Source: Macrostomum lignano
Lineage: Eukaryota
Length of the DNA stretch: 64,000 bases
Reading direction: 5' to 3'
NCBI GenBank assembly: GCA_002269645.1
Contig: NIVC01000277.1
Coordinates: forward strand, 104,622 to 168,621
The notes under the pieces are model-generated. The model made no database searches and was not told where the DNA came from. It saw only the letters and a list, made by a program, of their open reading frames with translations. Both the position numbers and the translations under genes were made by a program. Shown here one piece after another: positions 23,342 through 34,619 of this stretch; the stretch's first letter is position 1, and the number at the start of each line of letters is the position of its first letter.

Positions 23342-23984
23342 GTAGGGGATCTCTGACAACAATCAAAGCATGAAATAAAGATTTCAGGAAATTGGGCTAC
23401 TTTTCCACAAACGAAATTCACTCAACTTTCTTACTTAAATTTACCACAGACAACTTCTTTTCTTACCATGGACAAAGCAGACATTTTTCTGATCAGGCTG
23501 TATTTAGACTGACGAATTTCACTTACTTAGACGAATTCGAAGTCACTTTCTCCAAAAATTTACCATAGACACTCATTCTCTTCCCCTTGAGCGCAATATA
23601 GTTTTGCATACGCTGACGAATTTGAACTCACTTTTGACAAATCCGAAGTTGAAAAGGTATATTAAAACAACAATATTACTAAAACGACACTAATACACCT
23701 CCGTTAGGTGATGTTGCAAAATTACTCCCGTTAGGTACATATGTAAACGCGCTCTTGCCAAAATGCTCGTATTAGATGCTGTCGCCAGTGTTCTCGCTAA
23801 AGTGCTCCCGTTAGTTGCAGTTGCCAAAGTGCTCATGCCAAAATGCTCCCGTTAGGTGCCATTGCCAAAGTGCACTCGCCAAAGTGCTACCGTTAGGTGC
23901 CTATGCCAACGCCTATGCCTGTGCGTATTCCAACGCCTATGCCAACGCGCTCTGGCCAAAAAGCTCTCATAAGGGTGCATTACC

Positions 23985-24561
23985 CATAGATTTTATATTC
24001 CCTAGATAGGCCACTCTCAATGAATTCAATAAGAAATGACAGACCACGCAAATTACAAGAAACATTTATTAAGCCGACAGCGTTTGAGACAAGTCTGAGG
24101 TCACTAGCTAAACGGACATAAACATATTTTTGCCGCGGTTGCAAAAGTATTTGCAAAAGACAATGTAAACCAGTCCTCGCGTGCTTGCGCTTTGCTATCA
24201 AACAAATGGAAGAAAGAGTGCTGAATTCGAGGAGCTGCTGTGTTTGGGGTTGCAGCACATATAAATTGTCACCACCAATAAGTGATGAAGTCAACATCTC
24301 GCTGCACAACTTCTCTAAGAGTGACTCTGCTGCCCAGACGTGGATTGACGCGTTAAGCGACCCCGAAGCCGATTCTCAAGAATGTCAAGAAAAATTACGC
24401 ACTATACTAAAATAGCTAAATACTCGTATGCCTTTAAAACTTATGATACGCGCACAAGCTACTGATCTGATACCGTGGTCGCAAAAAATTTCAAGAAAGA
24501 CGAAGACTATGGGCATGCTTGTGGTCGCTGAGTGGCTTATCTAGGGAATATAAGATCTATA
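23985..24561 (+). mobile_element. Short P-like element with truncated THAP domain
   Basis: TIRs CATAGATTTTATATTCCCTAGATAGGCCACTC versus reverse-complement TATAGATCTTATATTCCCTAGATAAGCCACTC. ORF from 24206 reads SCCVWGC...SLHNFSK...QTWIDAL (first half of a THAP finger). No clear TSD. Confidence 0.65.
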
Positions 24562-26016
24562 GTGTTGCTAAAGTGCTCTTGCCGATTTGCTCTCGCTAAA
24601 GCGCTCTTGCCAAAATGCTCAGAATTCTGATTGGTTGTCTATGGGTGTACAATCTAAGTAAAGGGAATCCATCAAGAGCCTTGCTCGTGCTCAATGCGCA
24701 TATACTTTATGGTTGAGGCGAAAGGGTATCAAACTCTGCTACGAGAATCCCAAGGCCATCTGAGACCATTCTGTTTATAGTGAGAGCCATATGGCATGCA
24801 GTTGGCATGAAGAATACGTTGACGTCGAATTATATTATACCTCGTAGGAATTCCTACGTGTGTTTCAGCACAACCAAATTCAAAAGTAGCAATGCTGCGT
24901 AAAATGTTTTAACTCTTCTCCAGGCTAAGATTAGTGAGTAAAATAATGTGACAAACGGGATCCTATATTTATTTAGTAAACTACGATTCGGAATCTTTGG
25001 GTTTCAGAAAGTATTACGCTATCATACGTTTCTCTTAAAGTAATAGATCCGTTAAGTTAAACGTATTATAAATAGCTAATGGATAAGTCTGAAAAAAAGT
25101 AATATACGAGCCACTGTAGTCCAGGGCCGGTTTCTGACTGTACTTATTTGATAGTTGGACTTACAAGCGATCTCCTTTAACAAAGAACTGTCAATCTATT
25201 GCTATCAAATTTCTTGAAAAATATTTTTAGAAGATTCTGGTAGTGAAGGCGAATTGAACTATTATAAACCGAAAGGAGAGTGGACGAATTGGTCAGATAT
25301 TGTTGGGCGTGTTCGAAGGAACCAGCAAAATCAGCCTTAGTAAGAAATAACTAATGGCCCTGCTTAATAGTGTACCACATCTGCACTTCATTGTGACAGC
25401 TAACGAAAATGGCTAACGATTAGCTGGCACGACTCCGGACGTCAGCGGTGAAACTGCCGCTATACACAGCTCGATTCCAGATACAGCTATCAGCTCTGCT
25501 TCAGCTGTTGCGGAGCGTCGCCATTTATCTGTTAGCCACCTAGAGCTTTGTGGGCGGCCAGGTTCTGCACACTTGCTTGCTAGCCAAAACTTTGCCGGCG
25601 GCTTGGTTCTGCGTATTCTGATGGAAAACCGTTTGTTTATTTTTACAGGCGACAATGGCGACGCGAGTGATGTCCCGCAAGCCGAAACAAGTGTCCATTA
25701 ACAGAAATAAATGCTGGATTGAAGTCTGATCCGGATCCTGTTTAATTAATAAATTGCGCTGGACGAGCGGTTTCGGGAAGAAATGAAGCATTTTATAATG
25801 TCAGATCAAGGCTCGAGAAGACAGTTAAACCGACGAGGCTATCAAAGGGTTCCTCAATCTGTGAAAGAGGGAAGCTGTATGGCTTGATGAGCCAATTTAC
25901 TGACTCGTAGTCAATACACAGTCGTTGAGACCCGTCCTTTTTCTTTACGAGAACTATAGGTGAGGACTTTTCTGAGTCACTTTTCTATTACTCCCTGCTC
26001 TAGTAGCTGAGTGATG

Positions 26017-26305
26017 TGTTGTTTATAGTATATAGCTCGTACTTTTAGTACTTTATATAGTAATTGTCAGATACATAATATTGATTAATATTGTTAATGC
26101 AAATAGCTGTGCGTATCCCTTTCTAGAAAGTTCAATAAATATTCAATACAGTATCGTACCGATATATCTATGGTTGTTAGTTCATATCGCAAATACGCTA
26201 ATACTTTAAGTGCCCCCCCCCCAAACTGCTCAATTTTTCATCTTGTGTTTTTCTTTTTGTTCAAACTGATAAAATATACTTAATTAAAAGAAGCAAACTT
26301 CAACA
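26017..26305 (+). repeat. Copia 5' LTR (289 bp)
   Basis: Identical by eye to the 3' LTR except a C10 versus C8 run. Confidence 0.95.
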
Positions 26306-26420
26306 GGTTATGGGCCCAGCCGAGGCCACTGCGAGTACTTCGATGTACTAGATCATTCTGGTAATCTGGTTGTTCGTGCCATCTGGAAACTTGATCGCTC
26401 GGTCGATCAGTTACGTTGCT

Positions 26421-29400
26421 ATGGCTGCAAGCGAAGAAAAATGGCACATAGAGAAGCTCACGAAGGACAATTGGATGACGTGGAAAATCCAAATGAAACA
26501 TTGCTTAATCGCAAGAAGACTCTGGGGCATAGCTACCGGAGAAGATGTTCTTCAGCAAGACGCAAATGAAGCACGACGCAATGAATTCAAGGAACAGCAA
26601 CAGCGAGCAGCAGCAATGATAGTTCTGTCTCTCAGCAGTGAGTACATCTACCTTGTGACTACATGCGATGATGATCCGAGGCAGATGTGGCAAATTTTAT
26701 GTGGTCATTTCGAACGTGACTCGACTGCCAACAAGTTGTTTTTGAAGAAAAAACTATTTAGACTGCAGATGACTGATGGGACTCCAGTTCAGGAGCACAT
26801 TCGCTGTCTGAAGGAGTTAACTGACAAGCTGGCGTCCATTAATGCTGCTGTGTCTGACGAAGACCAGGTTGTGATTCTTCTTAGCAGTCTACCTGACAGC
26901 TACAGTCATCTGGTTACGGCTCTGGAGACCCGAAAGGAAGAGGAGCTGACTTTGCTGACGGTTCAACAAGCACTGCTTAATGAAGAAATGAAACGAAGTG
27001 AAACTATGAAATACGAATCCCGTGATTCGGAATCTGCTCTTCGTGTTGACAAATTTAAGGGACGCAGACCAATTAAGTGCTACACATGTGGCAAGGAAGG
27101 ACACTTCAGTAGAGAGTGCAGGTTCAACGTGAGCAACAGGCAGCAAAACTCAAAATCGACTCTGCATAAAGCTAAAACTGCAGAAAGTACGAGTCATTCG
27201 AATCCGAACCTGGACAACGAGATAGCCGATAGTGCCGCTACATTTCTTACCTCTGAAGAAACTGGTCCTCAGGACACAACCGCACGGTGGATAATTGACT
27301 ATGGTGCGACAAGACATATGACCTGTCAAAGGAATGCTCTAAAAGACTACACTGAATTCGATGAACCGGAAAATGTAGGGCTCGGAGACGGGCGAACAGT
27401 TCAAGCTTACGGAACTGGACGAGTGAACATCGTCACGAGACTCCCTGGTGGTGAGCGTTCTAACGCAGTACTTGGATCTGTACTTTTCGTACCTAGACTA
27501 GCCTGCAATCTGTTCAGTGTACGTGCGGCTACACTTAAGAACAATGTCATTCAGTTTGGTCACACTAGGTGCTGGATTCGAAACCAAACAGGGAAGCTAG
27601 TAGGCTTTGGAACACTAGTTGATCGATTGTATCAACTTGAGTGTGATGTAGATTGCAACTTAGCTACAGCTGCAGTAACGACTACAAAGTCAGAGCTCGA
27701 AACTGCCAATTTGTGGCATCATCGTCTAGGACATCTCCACAGAAATCAACTCGAACAACTATTCAAGAAAAGGTACGTCGAGGGTACTGACACTTCCATT
27801 GTGAGTGATATGAATTTCTGTGAAGCGTGCGTTGAAGGAAAGGCGCATCGAAAGAATCACAAATCAGTCGGAGAAATTCGCTCATCAGAAGTACTGCAAC
27901 TTGTGCACAGTGACATTTGTGGACCAATGCAGACGCAGTCGTTTGGCGGGAATCGATTTTTTGCGACTTTCATCGATGATTTCTCTCGCATTGTGAAGGT
28001 CTATTTTCTGAAGACTAAGTCTGAAGTCTTCCAGAAGTTTAAGGAATTCGAAGCGCAGGTGACAAATGAGACTGAAAAAACAATAAAAGTTCTCCGAACT
28101 GATGGTGGAGGAGAGTACATGTCCAAGGAATTTTCTGCGTTTTTACTTGCAAAAGGAATTCGACACGAAATTTCGGTAGCCCATACACCAGAACAGAACG
28201 GTGTTGCTGAAAGAATGAACCGTACTCTCATCGAATCTGCTAGAACAATGATAACTCATGCTGGTCTTAGCAATGCTTATTGGGCAGAAGCCATCAACAC
28301 AGCCGCGTATATCCGCAACAGAGTCCCGACGAACTCGGTAGCGCCAATGATGACACCCTACGAAAGATGGTGTGGACGAAAGCCAAACATCTCACATCTT
28401 CGAACGTTTGGCTGTGTAGCTTATGCTCACATTCCTACAGTAGAGAGACAAAAACTTGATAAGAAGACTACCAAGCTAAGGTTCGTTGGCTACAGTGACA
28501 ATCAAAAGGGCTACAGATTGTTTGACGAAAGAACTAGGAAAACAGTTGTTCGTTACGATGTCATCTTCAATGAGGGAGACTTCGGAAAGTTGAATGATTT
28601 CCAGCAGAATAATGAAAAGATAAATTCACATATGGAAGTCAACCTCGACGAGCACAACAGCCGAACAACTCCGAATGAAGAAATTGAAACTGAAATCCAA
28701 CAAATTCTGCCAACGACCACGCGACAAAGGAAAACCCCAGAGCGTTTTCAATACAATGAGAACTTCGAAGTAGCTAGCCTAAGTACAACAGAGCCACAAC
28801 ATCGTGCTTTTCGAGCCATGGAGATTTTGGAACCCAGATCGATTGACGAGGCTTGGAGTTGTGACAATGCGAAGGAATGGAAAGAAGCAACAGACTCGGA
28901 ATACAACTCTCTGATAGAAAATGATACGTGGGAATTAGTTCCTCTTCCAGAAGGACGAAAGACTGTTGGCTGCAAGTGGGTATTCAAAGTGAAGCATGAC
29001 AGCTGCGGAAACATTGAACGATTCAAAGGACGCCTGGTTGCCAAAGGGTATTCTCAACAACCTGGAGTGGATTATGACGAGACGTTTTCTCCTGTGGTAA
29101 GATTCTCATCAATCCGTACTATACTGGCATTCGCAACTCAACGAGAAATGCACATTCATCAAATGGATGTGGTCACTGCATTTCTAAACGGACATTTAAC
29201 AGAAGAAATCTTCATGGATCAACCACCCGGATACGTTAAATGCGACGAAGAGAATTTAGTCTGCAAGCTGAAAAGATCGCTATATGGTCTAAAGCAATCA
29301 CCCCGGTGTTGGAACAAGGCCCTCTGTGATTACCTAATCTCGATTGGATTCAAGGAAAGTGGAGCAGACCCATGTGTGTTCACTCGCAAACTTGGAAACA

Positions 29401-30383
29401 TGTCAATCATTGCGGTTTATGTTGACGACTTGGTGATGGCTACTGATACTATGGATGAAATGCAGAGTATCAAGGAGGAATTCACTCGACGATTCAAGAT
29501 GAAAGATATGGGAGAGCTTCATTACTGTTTAGGAGTGACAATAGTGATTGACTCAGAGAGACGATTTCTTCAACTTCATCAGAAGCAATACATTATGCAA
29601 CTACTGAAGAAGTTTAAAATGTTGGAAGCAAACCCAGCCACAACCCCAATGGATTCAAGCGTCAAGCTCGTTGAAAACGATAGCTACAGCAAATTCGTGG
29701 ATCCAAAGGCCTATCAATCAATTGTAGGCAGCCTATTGTACGCAGCGATCGCTACACGGCCAGACATTGCTCAAGCAGTGGGAGCAGTATCGAAATTCAA
29801 TTCCAAACCAACTGAGGCTCATCTCACCGCTGCCAAGAGAATTCTTCGATACCTGAAAGGCTCATCGAACGTCTTTCTGAAATATGAGAAGTCTGGAAGT
29901 AACGAGATCATTGGCTACTCAGACGCTGATTGGGCGTCGGACTTGGATAGCAGACGCTCAGTCACTGGAAGTGTTTTCATTATGGCCGGTGGAGCAGTAA
30001 CATGGTTAAGTCAAAAGCAAACCACGGTGGCGTTGTCAACGACAGAAGCTGAGTACATGGCCCTTGCGTCTGCGACACAGGAGGCAATATGGCTTCGTCG
30101 ACTTGTAAGTGATTTGGGTGCCAATATCACTGGGTCAACTGTAATTAAGGAAGACAATCAAGGAGCCATTGCAATGTCAAAAAATCCGATTCGACACAAG
30201 CGGACAAAGCATATTGACATCCGCTATCATTTTATTCGAGATGCTATTCAAGCTGGTACTGTGAAACTGGAATACTGTCCGACAAAGGAAATGCTGGCGG
30301 ACATTCTAACAAAGCCAATTCCCAGGCATCAGTTTGAAAATCTGCGATCAATGCTTGGTATTAAGTGTATGGATATGAATTGA
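26421..30383 (+). CDS. Copia gag-pol polyprotein (GAG-zf-PR-INT-RT-RH)
   Basis: Single ORF with CYTCGKEGHFSREC, WIIDYGATRHM, LWHHRLGHL, VHSDICGP/RTDGGGEY/NGVAERMN, QMDVVTAFLNG, VYVDDL, GYSDADWA and EDNQGAI, with integrase before RT. Confidence 0.97.
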   Translation: MAASEEKWHIEKLTKDNWMTWKIQMKHCLIARRLWGIATGEDVLQQDANEARRNEFKEQQQRAAAMIVLSLSSEYIYLVTTCDDDPRQMWQILCGHFERDSTANKLFLKKKLFRLQMTDGTPVQEHIRCLKELTDKLASINAAVSDEDQVVILLSSLPDSYSHLVTALETRKEEELTLLTVQQALLNEEMKRSETMKYESRDSESALRVDKFKGRRPIKCYTCGKEGHFSRECRFNVSNRQQNSKSTLHKAKTAESTSHSNPNLDNEIADSAATFLTSEETGPQDTTARWIIDYGATRHMTCQRNALKDYTEFDEPENVGLGDGRTVQAYGTGRVNIVTRLPGGERSNAVLGSVLFVPRLACNLFSVRAATLKNNVIQFGHTRCWIRNQTGKLVGFGTLVDRLYQLECDVDCNLATAAVTTTKSELETANLWHHRLGHLHRNQLEQLFKKRYVEGTDTSIVSDMNFCEACVEGKAHRKNHKSVGEIRSSEVLQLVHSDICGPMQTQSFGGNRFFATFIDDFSRIVKVYFLKTKSEVFQKFKEFEAQVTNETEKTIKVLRTDGGGEYMSKEFSAFLLAKGIRHEISVAHTPEQNGVAERMNRTLIESARTMITHAGLSNAYWAEAINTAAYIRNRVPTNSVAPMMTPYERWCGRKPNISHLRTFGCVAYAHIPTVERQKLDKKTTKLRFVGYSDNQKGYRLFDERTRKTVVRYDVIFNEGDFGKLNDFQQNNEKINSHMEVNLDEHNSRTTPNEEIETEIQQILPTTTRQRKTPERFQYNENFEVASLSTTEPQHRAFRAMEILEPRSIDEAWSCDNAKEWKEATDSEYNSLIENDTWELVPLPEGRKTVGCKWVFKVKHDSCGNIERFKGRLVAKGYSQQPGVDYDETFSPVVRFSSIRTILAFATQREMHIHQMDVVTAFLNGHLTEEIFMDQPPGYVKCDEENLVCKLKRSLYGLKQSPRCWNKALCDYLISIGFKESGADPCVFTRKLGNMSIIAVYVDDLVMATDTMDEMQSIKEEFTRRFKMKDMGELHYCLGVTIVIDSERRFLQLHQKQYIMQLLKKFKMLEANPATTPMDSSVKLVENDSYSKFVDPKAYQSIVGSLLYAAIATRPDIAQAVGAVSKFNSKPTEAHLTAAKRILRYLKGSSNVFLKYEKSGSNEIIGYSDADWASDLDSRRSVTGSVFIMAGGAVTWLSQKQTTVALSTTEAEYMALASATQEAIWLRRLVSDLGANITGSTVIKEDNQGAIAMSKNPIRHKRTKHIDIRYHFIRDAIQAGTVKLEYCPTKEMLADILTKPIPRHQFENLRSMLGIKCMDMN

Positions 30384-30508
30384 AGTAACTGGAGTAACTG
30401 AAGTAACTAATGTCATTGTCATCCATTTTTAATATCAGAGACTACTGAGTAATCTACCGCGATTAACTTAAATCTTCCAATGATAAGTTTCTGACAATTA
30501 AGTGGGAG

Positions 30509-30795
30509 TGTTGTTTATAGTATATAGCTCGTACTTTTAGTACTTTATATAGTAATTGTCAGATACATAATATTGATTAATATTGTTAATGCAAATAGCT
30601 GTGCGTATCCCTTTCTAGAAAGTTCAATAAATATTCAATACAGTATCGTACCGATATATCTATGGTTGTTAGTTCATATCGCAAATACGCTAATACTTTA
30701 AGTGCCCCCCCCAAACTGCTCAATTTTTCATCTTGTGTTTTTCTTTTTGTTCAAACTGATAAAATATACTTAATTAAAAGAAGCAAACTTCAACA
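30509..30795 (+). repeat. Copia 3' LTR (287 bp)
   Basis: Direct repeat of 26017-26305. Confidence 0.95.
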
Positions 30796-32527
30796 TGATG
30801 TGCATATCTAAGAAAACTTTAAGACTTGTTTAGTGTTTTTGTTTAACACGAAATTCCAACTGTCACAACCTCATAGCAACCAACTCAAAAACTTAAGTGA
30901 CTGATAACTTTTTTGTCCAGTAGAGGAGTTGGAGCGAGCGGCCGGTGGGTTCAAATGTCTTTGAAATTAGTATATAGCGAGAACAAATACTAATCAACAC
31001 CTAGAAGTCACCTAGAAGTCAAAGACAAAGTCGTATATCAGTCATCAAAGGTCAAGATTCGAAACGAATCCCTTTAACTAAAACTTGACTCAACTACATG
31101 ACTAAAAATCAGGAGAGAATATGGTAGAAGCAGTTAAATAATTACAAAGATCTGGTTACCTTTGCTTTAGAAAGGGACATGAATATACTAAAGAACCCAG
31201 AAATTTTATAATCAAGGGAAGTGTCAGCAGGCAAATCCAACTTTGCTAAATTGTCGAGGCACATGCTTTTGTTTGCAAACTTCCTCAACCTTACGCTGAC
31301 TGGAGGACCTGCCATTGAGCACTTTTTATTAGGTTCAAGTCTTTATCAGGGTATCGACTACGATGCTACATACATTGTTTCAAGTCATCCATGATGACGA
31401 TGCTGGTGTCTCACATTATTATTCGCCTGCAATCTATTCCGCGCAGGTGTTAAGCGAGCTGTTTCAAGTTGGGTTGCCGAAAGTGATATGTCTATCTGAT
31501 ACTATGCATCGCAGCTGCTGGAACAGAAACTGCAGTTAGCAATGAGACATCGCAAATGGCTGTCCCCTCTCTTGCTCAATTGTACAGCGGTTTTCAAGAC
31601 CATCCACAAAAAGCTAGATGCTGAAGATGACATCGGCGGCAGCAACAGCAGCTTAGATTTGCCTTGGATAACCGTATGTTTCCTGCAGCTGGGCGAGTAT
31701 TCGGTACTCGGTTCTCGATAGTTGGGATACCGGTACTTGGTTCTCGGCACTCGGGATACTCGGTGTGTTTCGTACTTAATACTTCTTTATAATCGAGTTT
31801 TGGCAAGTATAGGAAATCAACTTTTACAGTCAAAAAGCTGCGCAGCTCAGTACGCTTTTTGATTTTGCTTATTGTATTAAATTTGTGCTATACAAATTAT
31901 ATAAAGATCTGGGCGAGTACTCGGTACTCGTCCCCTTTTTAGCTGCTCGTTACTCGGTATTCGGACATCCTGGGTTAGACTTTTTGGTACTCGCTGAACC
32001 GAGTGGCTAAAGTGACTGAACCAATACTTATCCAGTCCTGCTGTAGACGCATATTCAAAAGTGAAAATCAACCACAGCTCAGTGGTGGCTAACAACTTAA
32101 GTTTCTTTTTATAACCCTCTCATTTTAACTGTACGCTTTTTTCAGTCAAGAGCAAGTATACAATGAGTTGGTTAGCTCAGCCATTTTACCTTTAAATGTT
32201 TTGCGAATCGTTCTAATTATTATTGATGGCAATTGATTTTTTCATGCAGTATGGAATCAATTGCACAACATCCCACTCGGAACAGATGCAGCTTGTCTGG
32301 GACAAAGGCTGTCCTGTCAGGTGGCGCAGACTATACCCGACTTAGTTGCGGAAGATATTGTTGCATCTAAAAATGTTAACGACATTATGAATGCCTCTTT
32401 TACTAAAGGAACAATTGTGCCTGATGAAGTTGTTCCACTCATTAGACGCTGTTTTAACATTGACCTTGTGTGGTGATCCCGAGTAGTTAGCACAGGCTGC
32501 TTCGGGGATCCCCGCTTAGTCCTGGTA

Positions 32528-33816
32528 CGAGGGACGTACAATGTATTCTGCACATGGGGCTCCTGCTTGATTTAAAACAGAGCACTTATTTCCATACATG
32601 GACCAGATTGCACATTTTATCATCTATTTATGTTGAAGTTTTCATTCAACTCACATTAACAGTTTTTAGTTATCTAGATATTAAATGAAGCACCTGTTTT
32701 CCAGATGCCAAACTTCACTAAAAACGAGTGGAGGGCAATCATTCATTTCCTGTATAAAGAAGGATTAACACCGATTGAGGCTGCCGAACGCCTACAGGCC
32801 CACTATGGTGACTCGGCTCCAGACAGATCCACAGTGAGCAGGTGGATCGCCCGCTTCGCTGCTGGGCGACACGACCTCGAAGATGGTGCGCGCAGTGAGG
32901 GGGGGGGGTCCATTGACTGTGGCAACAGAAGAGAATGTGGACCGTGTAAGAACCCTCTTGGACAAGGACCGGCGGCTCGCATTTGATGAAATCGAGGCAT
33001 CTACAGGTATCTCTCGTTGCTTTTTGGAGAATATTGTTAACGAGGATCTGCAGATGAAGAAACTCAGCTCCCGTTGGGTCCCGAGGCTGCTGACGGCCGA
33101 GCAGAAGGCTGCTGTGGCCTGTGCAACCACGTGCATCGATATGTTAGAGGACATGGGCGACCGTTTCTGGCAGCGCATCATAACCGTTGATGAAACCCCT
33201 CTTCCACACTTCCTGTCTGAGACCAAGCGCCAATGCGTGCAGTGGGTGGGTCCTGATGAATCGCGACCAGTCCATGCCAAGTCAGGTCCCTCTGTTGGCA
33301 AGTTTTAACACTGTATTCTGGGACTGCGAGGGAATCATCCACACCGACTTCTACCCTTCAAAGACAAGCATCACTGCTGCCTATTACAGCACTTAGCTGG
33401 AGGAAGTCTATCGAAAACTGCCCTAAGTCAGACCTGGAAAGATCATGGTCGTCGGCTCCTCCTTCAGGACAATGCACGAGTGCACACAGCACATTTGTCT
33501 ATGGTCAAAATTCTACAACCGAAGTGGCAGCTGCTCCCACACCCACCCTATTCTCCAGACCTGGCCCCCAGCGACTACCACTTGTTTGGACGGCTCAAAG
33601 ATCCCTTGCGTTGCATCCACTTCACAGCGGAGGAGATCCGGGCTGCTGTCCAGGTTCGAGGAGAGGATCAAGAAGCTGGAGAGACGATAGCAAAAGTGCA
33701 TTGCGTCGGATAGGGACTATGAGCATGTTGAGAAGTGACGTCATACGTAGTAAGACTGTGCCCTTCACTGTTTCATCACAGTAGGGATTCGTGCAGAATA
33801 GATTGTACGCCCCTAA
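32528..33816 (+). mobile_element. Full-length (1289 bp) mariner element, frameshifted pseudogene
   Basis: TA-flanked imperfect TIRs (CGAGGGACGTACAATGTATTCTGCAC). Transposase from 32705 has RWVPRLLT, IITVDET, LQDNAR and HPPYSPDLAPSDYHLF, with several frameshifts and stops. Confidence 0.93.
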
Positions 33817-33956
33817 TAACTTAGTTTAGTTAGTGTTCAGGCTAAAGCTAGGGGTAGCGGGGCTAGGACCAAAGCAAGCGCAGCGCGCCCTTTCCTTCCT
33901 CTCCTTGCCTTGTGCAGGCTCGGGTGTGCAGCCTTGTCACGGGACAAGGCATAGAC

Positions 33957-34095
33957 CTGGCATAGACCTGGCTTTTGGATGCTTCGCGCACGGCCAGCTT
34001 TACACTACGCCGTCGAGGGCTAAAAACGCTGCGAATGTTCGAGTCTGTCTGTCTCTGCACTCGGACCAAGAACGTGGTCTATCCAGACGTGCTAA
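33957..34095 (+). pseudogene. Helitron Pif1-helicase C-terminal remnant
   Basis: GIDLAFGCFAHGQLY..PSRAKN, then (frameshifted) TKNVVYPDVL, the typical RepHel C-terminus. Confidence 0.75.
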
Positions 34096-34619
34096 CAGGC
34101 GATTAGAACGATACTAACGATACTGACAATTGCATACGTTTCGAGTACCTAGCAGTGTTTGCAATGAAAGTAAAAGTCTTGGGCGCTGCAGCAGTAAAAA
34201 ACAGTCTTGAATATTAGCACAAGAAATTTTCTTATTTGCGAACAAAAGAATAGAACATAATTTTGTACTAGACGTAGCAAGAACTGTCCCTTACAAGGAC
34301 GATATATAACAACTGGATTGTCAAACTCCACCTAGAAGGGTTGAATACCCCTAAAATGTGACTCGCAAAACCCCTGCTTCCTCCTAATTGGCTGCTTTTT
34401 AGCTCGTTTGCTATACTGACTATGTATAAACATATTGCTGGTGGTTAGAAAACTATCTAGGACGGGGGGGCTCGCGGGCCGTAGTGGATGCAGATAAATT
34501 TAAGGTTGTGTTAACATTTGGAGCAAGTTGGTGTTATAACCCTTCAAGGTAATCTTCCTGATAGTTTCTCTGTTGCTGATAGCTTTAGAGAAGATGGCTT
34601 ACCACTTTTCTCTTCTCAT

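Larger units (their letters stand above)
20450..23659 (-). mobile_element. IS630-Tc1-mariner-like TIR element, HTH-only, copy B (~1 kb once the nested LTR is removed)
   Basis: Termini TACCTTTTCAA...TTGAAAAGGTA. TA duplication at 20448-20449 and 23660-23661, which restores the flanking ACACTATTATTAAAAC repeat unit. ~310-bp TIRs (20450-20734 plus 22951-22973, versus ~23349-23659). Confidence 0.9.
26017..30795 (+). mobile_element. Full-length Ty1/Copia LTR retrotransposon, very recent insertion
   Basis: TG...CA LTRs at 26017-26305 and 30509-30795. 5-bp TSD TGATG (26012-26016, 30796-30800). PBS GGTTATGGGCCCAG at 26306. PPT AAGTGGGAG at 30500-30508. Confidence 0.97.
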
